Below, in pieces: positions 48,127 to 57,438 of a stretch of DNA of 64,000 bases; position 1 is the first letter of the stretch, and every line of letters begins with the position of its first letter. The stretch spans positions 12,167 through 76,166 of the forward strand of contig CAZOVH010000003.1 in assembly GCA_964583675.1 (NCBI GenBank). Direction: 5' to 3'. The notes under the pieces are model-generated. The model worked only from the letters and a program-made list of their open reading frames with translations, did not search any database and was not told the origin of the DNA. Made by a program: the position numbers and the translations under genes. The DNA comes from an uncultured Candidatus Saccharibacteria bacterium (lineage in GTDB: Bacteria > Patescibacteriota > Saccharimonadia > CAILAD01 > GCA-016700035).

Positions 48127-48906
48127 CTACATGCCGGTCATTACAAGCAGCACGATGAGTAAAAACGCACATATCATACCATACTCAACCACCAGCTTTT
48201 TGGAGAGTTTACGTTGTGAGTGAAGCGAGAGCATACTGCCCCAAGCATACGCAATGACCGCCAAAAATAATGCCGTGCGCGAAACCACCAGCAACGTAGA
48301 CGGAAGCGTGTAAAACACCAAGGCTACACTCCCTAATAACAGCATCTCAACTGCAATCAGCGACCACACAGCCGCCAAAAATGAGTTATGATACCCGACG
48401 CGTTCCAGCCAATAATGCACAATGATGTAGTTAACAATCCAGGCTAAGATAATTGCCACAAAGCCAGCCGTAACATCCTGATTGAGGAGCAGTACCCAGG
48501 TAGTGTTCACAAGCAGCAGCACAATTGCCGTAAAGCCAGTTTGCGCATGCGCCGTTTGGGTTCTAAATTGCATGAGCAAATAGCGAATCTGCAAAAGAAA
48601 AACAATAATAAGGAACGCTGCCTGCTGCCAAAGTGGCACATCATAGACCAACTGCAAGAGTCCGATATAGAGCTGACCAAACAACACGAGAATTACCGGC
48701 TCTAGTGAACGAGTAAATACTATACGGGCCGAACGCTGAACAAGTAGGCGCGAAACAGTACTAATAGTTACCGCAACAGCTGCAACAACCGCAAGCCAAG
48801 CCCAAATACCGCCCAGCATAGTAAGGGCAAGTGCAACGGATAAGCCCAAAATATGCGCGATCAATATGCGCTGCGACGGTGTGAGAATTTTCCCCCTACG
48901 AGCCAC
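48127..48906 (-). CDS. Polytopic membrane protein, function unknown
   Basis: 259 aa, about 8 TM helices, immediately downstream of the LCP gene on the same strand. Confidence 0.5.
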   Translation of the reverse strand: MARRGKILTPSQRILIAHILGLSVALALTMLGGIWAWLAVVAAVAVTISTVSRLLVQRSARIVFTRSLEPVILVLFGQLYIGLLQLVYDVPLWQQAAFLIIVFLLQIRYLLMQFRTQTAHAQTGFTAIVLLLVNTTWVLLLNQDVTAGFVAIILAWIVNYIIVHYWLERVGYHNSFLAAVWSLIAVEMLLLGSVALVFYTLPSTLLVVSRTALFLAVIAYAWGSMLSLHSQRKLSKKLVVEYGMICAFLLIVLLVMTGM

Positions 48907-48908
48907 AA

Positions 48909-50285
48909 CTAATTTCCTCCCTGATTTTTCATATCATTTCCTATTACCAGTGTAATACCTGAACCGCGCGAAGTATCCTCTTTTGCAGTGAGTTTATAAC
49001 GAGCTGCTAAATAACGCTGTGTATATTTTGCCTTGCCAGCGGTGCCATCGATTAACTCTGATGCTGTTTGTGGCGTAGTTTTCTGGACTTCCACAATTGA
49101 GTAGCGATAGCCTTTGAGCGTGTCGGCAATAGCGGCCGAGATATTTGCCTGTGACGATGCGTTCACAATTGTTACCGGAACATTTTCTTCCACAATATGA
49201 CGGTCAAAAAATAGACTATGAGCAAAATCTTGAATTGGCCCAAACTTACCATCACCACCCACTGGAATTACAACACTCGCACCAGCAATATTGGCGGTTT
49301 GCACCAATTTTTCTTCGTCCGCATCAACCACCTTAGACCGCACTTTGCTGGTATCAACATCCTTGAGTATCTCAGCCAAACGAGTCAACTCTTCAGTGGA
49401 AAGATCGGTACGAACATGCGAACCAATCGTATCAATCATGCCCGCTAGCTTGGCGGGATTTGTCAGTGTCGACAACTGTAGGGCCTTGGTGCGCATCGCC
49501 ATCAATACCTCTTGCTGGCGAGCAGCTCGGCCAAAATCATTTCCACAGTTTCCCTTGCGGCAGCGAGCGTATTTTAATGCCGTTGCGCCATTCATCGTTT
49601 GCGTGCCTGCTTTTATTGAGAAGCCACAGGCTCGCCGCTCATCTTTTTCGCATGGATATTCAGAGTCAGAGAGCGGAGCAGCTACATCAATCGAAACTCC
49701 ACCCAAAACATCTATAGCTTTCTTAAAGCCGGTAAAATCCACCCTCACATAATTATGAATAGGTACATCTAAAACATTCCCGACCACCTCTTTTGCGAGG
49801 TTTGGTCCCTCGCCAGCTTTTTGCATCTCACCAAAAGCGTGAGCAGCATTGATTTTGTTTTTACCATTTTTAGGAATTGGCACATATAGATCGCGTGGTA
49901 GCGAGAGCATCGCCACATCCTTTGTTTCTGGATCGATACTCGCCACAATCATCGTATCTGCAAGTGTTGAGCCGGCATGACCAGCATCGCCAACCCCCAA
50001 CAGCAAAATATTTACCCGACCTTCGGCTTCTGTCATAGAATCAAATTCGGCATCTTTCTTTGTGAGTACCTCAGTAGACACACCCGTGTGACGTTGAACA
50101 ACCGACTTATAGGCGTATAGACTTTTAGCTAACAGTATGGCCGGAACCATTAAGACTGCCAGCACAACAACCGCGGTAATTATTTTTGAACGACGAGAAA
50201 AACGACGCTTGCGAAAAGACGTGTACGATCCGCTCTGAGCTGCTGGGTGATTATCTGGATATTCAGGGCGTCTCTTACGTAGCAT
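48909..50285 (-). CDS. LytR-CpsA-Psr (LCP) family cell-wall glycopolymer phosphotransferase
   Basis: N-terminal TM and the LCP core (NILLLGVGDAGHAGSTLADTMIVASIDPE...LSLPRDLYV). Confidence 0.8.
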   Translation of the reverse strand: MLRKRRPEYPDNHPAAQSGSYTSFRKRRFSRRSKIITAVVVLAVLMVPAILLAKSLYAYKSVVQRHTGVSTEVLTKKDAEFDSMTEAEGRVNILLLGVGDAGHAGSTLADTMIVASIDPETKDVAMLSLPRDLYVPIPKNGKNKINAAHAFGEMQKAGEGPNLAKEVVGNVLDVPIHNYVRVDFTGFKKAIDVLGGVSIDVAAPLSDSEYPCEKDERRACGFSIKAGTQTMNGATALKYARCRKGNCGNDFGRAARQQEVLMAMRTKALQLSTLTNPAKLAGMIDTIGSHVRTDLSTEELTRLAEILKDVDTSKVRSKVVDADEEKLVQTANIAGASVVIPVGGDGKFGPIQDFAHSLFFDRHIVEENVPVTIVNASSQANISAAIADTLKGYRYSIVEVQKTTPQTASELIDGTAGKAKYTQRYLAARYKLTAKEDTSRGSGITLVIGNDMKNQGGN

Positions 50286-50363
50286 AAGGATAGTATATAG
50301 GAGGCGCGTAGCTTTTGAAATGTACAGTGCAGGAACGAGCAGACTCAGTTATACTGGATATGT

Positions 50364-51248
50364 ATGGTAAGCCAAAATCAACCAAACGAAGCACCGGCTT
50401 CAAATCCTCAACAGGTCGGTGGGGCTGTTCCTCCTACGACCAATCCTAACGAAGTGCCAATCAGTCAGCTCTCTAAGCCAACACCCCTTTCTGAAGGCGT
50501 GCCGAGTACTCCGCAAGCTACCATCATACCGCCGCCCGCTCCAGCGCACCCACAAGCTGCGGCAAGTCCCACAACGGGAGTCCTGCCAGACACTAACCCA
50601 GAAGATCCGTCGGGGGACGAAAGCCAAGACGATACCGAAACAGAAAAGCCCATGTGGCGGCGAATTGTTAATTTTCTCATCTCCTGGGTGCTCATCCCGG
50701 CCGGGCTCGTTTTTATCGTGCACAACTTTATCTTTCAAGCTTGGTATGTAGATGGCCAATCTATGGAGCCTACTTTCCAAAACGGCAATTACCTGATCGT
50801 TTCAAAGTTTGACGTGAGCTGGAAAAAACTGACTGGACAATCTACGAATTTAGACATTCAACGGGGCGACGTCGTAATCTTTAATCCACCTGACTTTCCA
50901 ACCGACATTTACTTCATTAAACGAGCCATCGGGCTACCCGGAGAGCGCGTGGTGGTAAAAAATGGCACCGTCACCATCTTTAATAATCAAAACCCAACCG
51001 GAGTAGTGCTGTCTGAAAACTATGTTGGCGGCATTACGCTTGAGGGCGACGTAGACGTCACAGTTGATAAAGGCGAAGTATTTGTACTGGGAGATAACCG
51101 CAACCCACAAGCCAGTCAGGACTCCCGCTATTTTGGCCCCATCCCTATGAATCGCATGATTGGCACTGCAGCATTGAGACTCTTGCCCGTTTACGAATTC
51201 GGTCAGATAACCCACCCGCAGTACAACCTCTCGGCAGCTACTCAATAA
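50364..51248 (+). CDS. lepB: Signal peptidase I (S26) with an N-terminal Pro-rich extension
   Basis: Boxes B to E are present: GQSMEPTF (catalytic Ser), IKRAIGLPGERV (catalytic Lys), VLGDNRNPQASQDSRYFGPI. Confidence 0.85.
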   Translation: MVSQNQPNEAPASNPQQVGGAVPPTTNPNEVPISQLSKPTPLSEGVPSTPQATIIPPPAPAHPQAAASPTTGVLPDTNPEDPSGDESQDDTETEKPMWRRIVNFLISWVLIPAGLVFIVHNFIFQAWYVDGQSMEPTFQNGNYLIVSKFDVSWKKLTGQSTNLDIQRGDVVIFNPPDFPTDIYFIKRAIGLPGERVVVKNGTVTIFNNQNPTGVVLSENYVGGITLEGDVDVTVDKGEVFVLGDNRNPQASQDSRYFGPIPMNRMIGTAALRLLPVYEFGQITHPQYNLSAATQ

Positions 51249-51258
51249 AAATTTAACC

Positions 51259-52167
51259 CTAAACGAGCGTTTCGCCAGTAATTTCTTCGTAAATTCTCGC
51301 TAGTTCTTCCTGAGAGAAAAAGCGCACTACAAGCCGACCGCCCTGAGCATTATTTAATACCTCAACCTTGGTCCCAAGCTGCTTGCCAATACCATCAATA
51401 ACCGACTGATAATCCGAATTCTTTTTTTCGACACGCTTTGAAACCAGCTCTTTATCTTGCTTCCAGTTACGTGCAATCTCTTCGGTCTGACGGACGGTCA
51501 TATCGCTATTCGTAATCATGCCGAGCATTTTGAGCTGATCCTTGGGGTCTTCAACTGTCAAAATGGAGCGAGCTTGACCCTCGAGTATTTTACCCTCCTG
51601 CAAAGCCTTCTTGGCTTCGTACGGCAACTTAAGGAGTCGAAGTATATTCCGCACAGTAGGTGCGGCTTTACCGACACGCTTGGCGATTGCCTCGGTTGTC
51701 AGATTGAATTGATCGATGAGCTTTTGATAGGCCACTGCGAGCTCAAGCGGCGATAGCTCGGCGCGTTGAATATTCTCAATTACGGCCACTTCAAGCTGCT
51801 GCTGCTCATCAAAACTGCGCAGAATAACCGGCACGGTTTTCTTACCTGCAAGCTTAGAAGCCCGCAGACGACGCTCACCCGCTATTAGCTGGAAACGATC
51901 GCCTTGTCTCGTAACGACCAACGGCTGCACGACTCCATGCTCCTTAATAGACGCTGCCAGATCTGCTAGATCTTCATCGCCAAACTCTTTACGAGGCTGA
52001 AATGGATTGGGATCAACAAGCTCAACTGCAACTTTATGTACGGCATCCTCGCTCTCCAAGTGGAGAGTTTCCGACACTTCTTTACTAGCAAATTCATCAA
52101 CTTCGGTTGGAATTAAGGCATCGAGCCCGCGACCCAATCGACTTGGCTTTGAAGCTTTAGCTGACAC
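51259..52167 (-). CDS. parB: Chromosome partitioning protein ParB (GTG start inferred)
   Basis: LGRGLDALIP N-terminal box, an HTH, and C-terminal dimerisation. A GTG at 52167 is preceded by an AAGGAGG RBS. The longer listed ORF would overlap parA. Confidence 0.85.
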   Translation of the reverse strand: MSAKASKPSRLGRGLDALIPTEVDEFASKEVSETLHLESEDAVHKVAVELVDPNPFQPRKEFGDEDLADLAASIKEHGVVQPLVVTRQGDRFQLIAGERRLRASKLAGKKTVPVILRSFDEQQQLEVAVIENIQRAELSPLELAVAYQKLIDQFNLTTEAIAKRVGKAAPTVRNILRLLKLPYEAKKALQEGKILEGQARSILTVEDPKDQLKMLGMITNSDMTVRQTEEIARNWKQDKELVSKRVEKKNSDYQSVIDGIGKQLGTKVEVLNNAQGGRLVVRFFSQEELARIYEEITGETLV

Positions 52168-52912
52168 GTGTGAGTACCTCCTTTGCAAGAGCTTTATATG
52201 CTCTCGCCCCCTTACTAAACCGATCATAATCCACAATTGCCTTAGCGTGACTAGGCGCCTCGGCCAAACGGACATTCCGTGGTATCACTGTCGAGCATAC
52301 CATATCTGGAAAATGCTGCTCCACTTCTTGTGCCACCGCCTGTGAAAGCGATGTGCGAGCAGTGTGCATTGTCAGCACTACACCAACTAGCTCTAAAGTC
52401 GGGTTAAGTGCCTGTTTGACGCGCTGCATCGTTGCCAGCAGTTGCCCAAGTCCCTCCAAGGCGTAATATTCTGCCTGAACCGGAATGAGGAGGCGATGAG
52501 CTGCCACCAGACCATTGACGGTTAGTAAGCCAAGCGATGGCGGGCAATCAATCAGCACAATGTCATAGGGGGCATTGGCGAGCGCCAGCTTGAGTCGCGA
52601 CTCGCGTTGATCAATCTTAGTAAGCTCTACTTCGGCGGCCGCCAGAACAGCACTAGCCGGAATAATTGATAGATTTTTATAGCGCGTCTTATGTGTGACA
52701 CTGGCGAGCGGTACGCCGTCCACCAATACATCGTAGAGCGAATGACGTAAACGCTGCTTGTCGATACCTAAACCTGAGCTAGCATTTCCTTGAGGATCTA
52801 GATCTACGATGAGCACCCGTTTACCAGCCTTAGCAATATATGCGCCAAGATTAACCGTAGTGGTTGTTTTCCCAACACCACCTTTTTGATTTGCGACCGC
52901 AATAATCACCAC
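52157..52912 (-). CDS. parA: Chromosome partitioning ATPase ParA/Soj
   Basis: Deviant Walker A, NQKGGVGKTTT. Confidence 0.9.
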   Translation of the reverse strand: MVIIAVANQKGGVGKTTTTVNLGAYIAKAGKRVLIVDLDPQGNASSGLGIDKQRLRHSLYDVLVDGVPLASVTHKTRYKNLSIIPASAVLAAAEVELTKIDQRESRLKLALANAPYDIVLIDCPPSLGLLTVNGLVAAHRLLIPVQAEYYALEGLGQLLATMQRVKQALNPTLELVGVVLTMHTARTSLSQAVAQEVEQHFPDMVCSTVIPRNVRLAEAPSHAKAIVDYDRFSKGARAYKALAKEVLTRVS

Positions 52913-52997
52913 GCTAATTTGTCTCCACCCTCACTAAACTTCATTACTCCTTATTATAGCAAGAAACCAACCATCTTAAGCATTTCTCGGACGACTA

Positions 52998-53026
52998 TTT
53001 ACATTTAGCTGCAAACCTGATAGAAT
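52998..53026 (+). promoter_or_regulatory. Putative promoter of rplU
   Basis: TTTACA, a 17-nt spacer, then TAGAAT, about 30 nt upstream of the rplU ATG. Confidence 0.45.
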
Positions 53027-53056
53027 ACTACATTGTTGTCCTAAACGAGAAAGAAT

Positions 53057-53362
53057 ATGTTAGCAGTAATTCAAGCCGGAAACCACCAATACCTTGTCGA
53101 AAAGGGTCAGACTATCGAGACTGAACTTTTGGGCGAAGAAAAAAGCGTTACTTTTGAACCGCTTTTGGTAGTTGATGGCGACAATGTAAAGGTTGGCACA
53201 CCTCATGTTGCCGGTGCAAAAGTAGTTGCCTCTGTGCGTGCTGCAGACAAACAGTCTGATAAAGTTCTCGTACTGAAGTATAAAGCTAAGAAACGCCAAA
53301 AAACTATGCATGGCCACCGTCAGCATAAAACCGTGCTGGTAATTGACTCAATTACAGCCTAA
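53057..53362 (+). CDS. rplU: 50S ribosomal protein L21
   Basis: MLAVIQAGNHQYLVEKGQ...KKRQKTMHGHRQHKT is the canonical L21 signature. Confidence 0.9.
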   Translation: MLAVIQAGNHQYLVEKGQTIETELLGEEKSVTFEPLLVVDGDNVKVGTPHVAGAKVVASVRAADKQSDKVLVLKYKAKKRQKTMHGHRQHKTVLVIDSITA

Positions 53363-53381
53363 CAATCTGGCATGTGCTGGT

Positions 53382-53408
53382 AAAAACACCCCGTCTGGGG
53401 TGTTTTTG
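53382..53408. terminator. Bidirectional terminator after rplU and the convergent hydrolase gene
   Basis: The sequence aaaaACACCCCgtctGGGGTGTtttt. Confidence 0.7.
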
Positions 53409-53409
53409 T

Positions 53410-54792
53410 TTACTTACAATCACTTGGCAGCTGAGTGCTGGTAAAGACTGCCTTCATCCAATTTATAGTGTCGTTATAGCTCCGTGTCATAGTGGTGTAA
53501 TGGGTGGCATCAGCATAGCGCTTATACGCTACCGTATTGCCCAACTGACAGAGGCGCGTAACGGCATCCTGAGACTGCGCAGGCAGCACTACATTATCGA
53601 GATCACCGTGAAAAATTGCCTTATTGCTCGATGTTTTTGTATCGGCAGTAAGATTTTCTTGCATGCGCTGATCAAACGCTTTTGATACGGCTGCCACCGA
53701 CCCCGTCCTCATAGCGGCAATAAACTGCGGTGTATAAACCTTGTTAATATCCTTGTTACCCCAATAAGCAATATTGGTATCGATACAATTCTTGGAAATA
53801 TCAGTCGCTAGATTGCTAGAAAATGGCGGCACAAGGATCTTATCGACCGGATAGCTCTCTTTATACCAATCGCTATAGCTGTAAAGCACATACGGCCCAA
53901 ACCACAATATGTTAGCCCCTTGTGTTGTGTCAGTAAGCGTACGACGCACATCCGTTACCGGACCAAAGCCAATAACACCTTGAATTTTAATTTCTGGCGC
54001 GTAGGTGGCAGCAATCTCATCAGCCCAATAAGCAGCATGGCCACCCTGAGAATACCCACCAACAATTACCTGTTCGGTAGTAATACGATCTTTCGTAAGC
54101 GGCAAATTACCAAGCGCCCGCACGGAGTCAAGTACCGCCCTGCCTTCCAGAGCACCGACCATGTAGTGATGCATGCGAGTCTGGTCGCGCATACCTTCGT
54201 AATCAGTAATCACCGTAGCATAGCCCTGTGCCGCGTAAGCTGCCATGTGACTGGGGTAGTTCCCCCAGGCCCGTTTAGATGACTGCTCAACCGAAGCAGC
54301 ACACTGATCATCTATACCGGTAGTTCCGGGCGCGAATGCAAACACCGGCAGGCCTTCAGTCGCACCAGTTGAAGGCACAAATACCCTCGCATATACTTGT
54401 GCGGTCTGACCATTTGTGTCGGTCATAGTATATCGGAAGGTTTGTGTTTTGACGGCAGTTGCTGGCCCCGTGTATCCCTTATTTGTTTGACGTATGAGCT
54501 GTAACGTCTGCTCTGATGTGTAACTCACCACCTCGCCTTGTTCAACCACTTTGCCAGTTGAAACTTCAGTCCTTTTATTGGGGGTCTTATTTTGTGTTGC
54601 GGTCGATTGCCGCTTAACTACTTGAGTACCACTCAAGAGCAGCCAAGCTACACCGAGCGCCAGAATAATAAGCACATACACCAACCAGCGATGAGCTTTG
54701 CGAGGTCGCGGTTTATCGCGCCTAGGAGCTGGTTTGTTCGGCGTCTCATAGCCCCGCAAGTATACATTACGTTTAGGCAAGATTTTGTTCAT
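53410..54792 (-). CDS. Membrane-anchored secreted alpha/beta-hydrolase (lipase/esterase-like, GxSxG)
   Basis: Basic N-terminus plus a TM, and a nucleophile elbow GYSQGG embedded in VIVGGYSQGGHAAYWA. The size and pattern resemble secretory lipase (LIP-like) families. Confidence 0.6.
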   Translation of the reverse strand: MNKILPKRNVYLRGYETPNKPAPRRDKPRPRKAHRWLVYVLIILALGVAWLLLSGTQVVKRQSTATQNKTPNKRTEVSTGKVVEQGEVVSYTSEQTLQLIRQTNKGYTGPATAVKTQTFRYTMTDTNGQTAQVYARVFVPSTGATEGLPVFAFAPGTTGIDDQCAASVEQSSKRAWGNYPSHMAAYAAQGYATVITDYEGMRDQTRMHHYMVGALEGRAVLDSVRALGNLPLTKDRITTEQVIVGGYSQGGHAAYWADEIAATYAPEIKIQGVIGFGPVTDVRRTLTDTTQGANILWFGPYVLYSYSDWYKESYPVDKILVPPFSSNLATDISKNCIDTNIAYWGNKDINKVYTPQFIAAMRTGSVAAVSKAFDQRMQENLTADTKTSSNKAIFHGDLDNVVLPAQSQDAVTRLCQLGNTVAYKRYADATHYTTMTRSYNDTINWMKAVFTSTQLPSDCK

Positions 54793-54794
54793 AG

Positions 54795-55307
54795 CTACAA
54801 TACATACTCCATAATCACCATATCTACTCCCCCAACCAATCCAGCAACATGTCGCAAGGGTGCAAAGCCATATTTTGCGTAAAATGCCTCCTTATCATAT
54901 GTAACCAGTTCCAAGGCTGTCATATTGCGCAGACGAGACTGTTCTACGGCTGCGCGCAAGAGTCTCTCTCCCGCCCCGATGCCTCGAAAATTTGGATCCA
55001 CGTACATCCAGAAAATATACGCTCTGTCTTGCTGGAAGCGCAGCAGACAATAGCCGATGTCTTGCGTATTGTATCCCAAAAGCAAGAAGTGGGCCTTTGG
55101 GGAAACGTGGGCCTTAAAAAGTCTCGGCAAGTTGTGCTGACGACGTAGTTTTGCCCGGTATTGATCCGGAAAATACGTAAATGAATCATCAACCGATTGA
55201 GCAAACAAATGATGCATCGGGGTGATATCCCGCAGGCCCATTTTGCGCACAGTAAGCGACTCCTCCAAAACAGCGCCTGTGGAGGTGAGCTCAGCAACTC
55301 TTGGCAC
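54795..55307 (-). CDS. GNAT-family N-acetyltransferase
   Basis: Acetyl-CoA binding motif RGIGAGERLLRAAV. Confidence 0.75.
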   Translation of the reverse strand: MPRVAELTSTGAVLEESLTVRKMGLRDITPMHHLFAQSVDDSFTYFPDQYRAKLRRQHNLPRLFKAHVSPKAHFLLLGYNTQDIGYCLLRFQQDRAYIFWMYVDPNFRGIGAGERLLRAAVEQSRLRNMTALELVTYDKEAFYAKYGFAPLRHVAGLVGGVDMVIMEYVL

Positions 55308-55308
55308 C

Positions 55309-55908
55309 CTACCCTACCACAACCTTATTTCTGCCCGAATCCTTCGCCTTATACAGAGCATCATCTGCAGCCTTCAGAGTTTGGTGAATATTGCGAGTTG
55401 GAGTGAGCTCCGCTACTCCCAGACTAGCAGTAACCTGCAATGATTGTTCTCCGACCATAAAATCATGCTCTTCAATGATCGCGCGTAAATCATCAGCGAT
55501 ACGCTCAGCGTGCTCGGCTGTAGCGCCTGGCAAACCAACCACAATTTCCTCGCCACCATATCTACCGACAATATCCAGCTGTCGTACACGGCCGCGAATT
55601 AAATCGGCCGTTTGGCGCAGCACCTCATCACCAGCATCATGCCCGTAAGTATCGTTCACCTTTTTAAAGTGGTCAATGTCAAGAAATATTATAGTGAGCG
55701 ACTTAATGATCACCGAGCGCCGCTTATCTGGATGTTTGTACTGATACATTACTTCACTAGCAATAGCCTCCAGATATTCCATGAGGCCACGACGATTAAA
55801 TATCTGGGTAAGTTCGTCAGTCACCAAACGTTGATGCAGCTCACGAACTTGAGCTTGCAGTGCCGCGATACGCTCTTTATATACTTTTATATCATCGGCT
55901 TGCGACAT
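55309..55908 (-). CDS. Stand-alone GGDEF-domain diguanylate cyclase (GGEEI active-site motif) with a short N-terminal coiled coil
   Basis: NRRGLMEYL..., IFLDIDHFKKVNDTYGHDAGDEVL, and RYGGEEIVVGLP containing the GG(D/E)EF motif. No sensor, EAL or HD-GYP domain is attached. Confidence 0.85.
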   Translation of the reverse strand: MSQADDIKVYKERIAALQAQVRELHQRLVTDELTQIFNRRGLMEYLEAIASEVMYQYKHPDKRRSVIIKSLTIIFLDIDHFKKVNDTYGHDAGDEVLRQTADLIRGRVRQLDIVGRYGGEEIVVGLPGATAEHAERIADDLRAIIEEHDFMVGEQSLQVTASLGVAELTPTRNIHQTLKAADDALYKAKDSGRNKVVVG

Positions 55909-55915
55909 TGCTCTA

Positions 55916-56848
55916 TTATCCTTGATTTGCTAAATAATGTTCGACTTCTAATGCAGCCCGACAACCGTCTCCCGCAGCAGTGATTGCCTGACGATAACGC
56001 TTATCAGCCACATCACCAGCCGCAAAAATGCCTTCAACGTTCGTAAAAACAATATCTCTAGCTGCTACGTAACCTTTTTCGTCCAGATCAATTACGCCCT
56101 TCAAGAATTCCGTCGCTGGGATATGTCCTATCGCCACAAAAAGCCCTTCACAATCTAGCTTTTGCTTTTCGTCTGTCTGCAGGTTCGTGATCTCGACACC
56201 AGAAACCATATGCTCACCAAATACATCTGTTACAGCACTATTCCAAATAAAATCTATCTTAGGGTGCTGTTTTGCACGTTCCTGCATAATCTTGCTAGCC
56301 CGAAGGGTATCTCGCCGATGCACAAGCGTTACTTTATCAGCAAACTTCGTCAAGGTGAGCGCTTCCTCCATAGCAGTATCGCCACCACCAACTACCACCA
56401 CGTGCTTACCCTGGAAAAAATAGCCATCACAAGTAGCGCAAGCCGATATACCTTTGGCCATAAGCCGAGTTTCGTTCTTCAAGCCAAGCCAACGCGCCTG
56501 GGCACCCGTAGCAATAATGATTGTCTTTGCCTGCACTTTTTCTCCGCCCCGCGTATGAACAGCATGCGGCTTACCTGGCTCAATCTTATCGATAAACTCG
56601 CTCACCATTTCAACATCAAAACGCTCAGCCTGAGCCTTCATCTCTTCCATGAGTTCTGGCCCCATAATACCGTCTCTAAACCCAGGAAAATTTTCAACTT
56701 CACTTGTGAGTAGAAGCTGACCACCAGGAACATCTCCTGCATAAATTGCTGTTGAGAGCGATGCGCGTGCAGTATAAATTGCAGCCGTGTACGCAGCTGG
56801 ACCACTACCAATAATTAAGACATCATAAACTTTACTCATAGGAACCAT
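55916..56848 (-). CDS. trxB: Thioredoxin reductase
   Basis: FAD motif VLIIGSGPAAYTAA and the redox-active CATCDG motif. Confidence 0.9.
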   Translation of the reverse strand: MVPMSKVYDVLIIGSGPAAYTAAIYTARASLSTAIYAGDVPGGQLLLTSEVENFPGFRDGIMGPELMEEMKAQAERFDVEMVSEFIDKIEPGKPHAVHTRGGEKVQAKTIIIATGAQARWLGLKNETRLMAKGISACATCDGYFFQGKHVVVVGGGDTAMEEALTLTKFADKVTLVHRRDTLRASKIMQERAKQHPKIDFIWNSAVTDVFGEHMVSGVEITNLQTDEKQKLDCEGLFVAIGHIPATEFLKGVIDLDEKGYVAARDIVFTNVEGIFAAGDVADKRYRQAITAAGDGCRAALEVEHYLANQG

Positions 56849-56883
56849 TATACGTGAGACGCAGCACCCTCGGCTAGGTTCAA

Positions 56884-57438
56884 TTAAGAAGAAGTGTCGC
56901 CATTACAGGTATTCGGCGACCACAAACCCTTTTGCTGCTCCCTGGCCGCCTGTTCGGCAGCGCGAAAATCTACTTGGTAAGTGTATGGATTGCCCTGGTA
57001 GGTGTATTCGTGAGCATAGCCTTCGGCAACAAGTTGCTGATTCACAAACAAGCCATCCTCACGGCGGACATAAGCCAAAATGCGATCATATCGATCTCGC
57101 TCGCCTTGAGTGGTATCAATTTCTAAACGCACGCGTTTGCCTTCCAATAATTGATGGGTGTAGCGACTAGCCTCTTTACCAAAACACTGCACCGGCTTGC
57201 GCGGGTCCTTAGTCTCCGGTGTATCTATCCCTATGAAGCGCACTTTTTCGACAACCCCATTTCGGTCAACGCTAATAGTGTCACCATCAAACACCTCTAT
57301 AACCCGTAAGCTATCTCCTGTAGACAAAGCAGAGCCGGGATCTTTTTCTGGAAAAGCTCGCACAATTACTGCGGCCAATAACAAAGTAATCCCAACGTAA
57401 CCAAGCTTCATGAGTTTTCGACGCGAAATTTTTCTCAC
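56884..57438 (-). CDS. Secreted/membrane-anchored thermonuclease (staphylococcal nuclease, SNase, family)
   Basis: N-terminal TM or signal, then VIEVFDGDTISV...VRFIGIDTPE and the catalytic Arg/Glu residues of the SNase fold. Confidence 0.8.
   Translation of the reverse strand: MRKISRRKLMKLGYVGITLLLAAVIVRAFPEKDPGSALSTGDSLRVIEVFDGDTISVDRNGVVEKVRFIGIDTPETKDPRKPVQCFGKEASRYTHQLLEGKRVRLEIDTTQGERDRYDRILAYVRREDGLFVNQQLVAEGYAHEYTYQGNPYTYQVDFRAAEQAAREQQKGLWSPNTCNGDTSS

Noticed and set aside
51259-52275. Longer ParB ORF starting at 52275
   Set aside because: It would overlap parA by about 120 nt. The conserved ParB N-terminal box follows a GTG at 52167 that has a strong AAGGAGG RBS 9 nt upstream.
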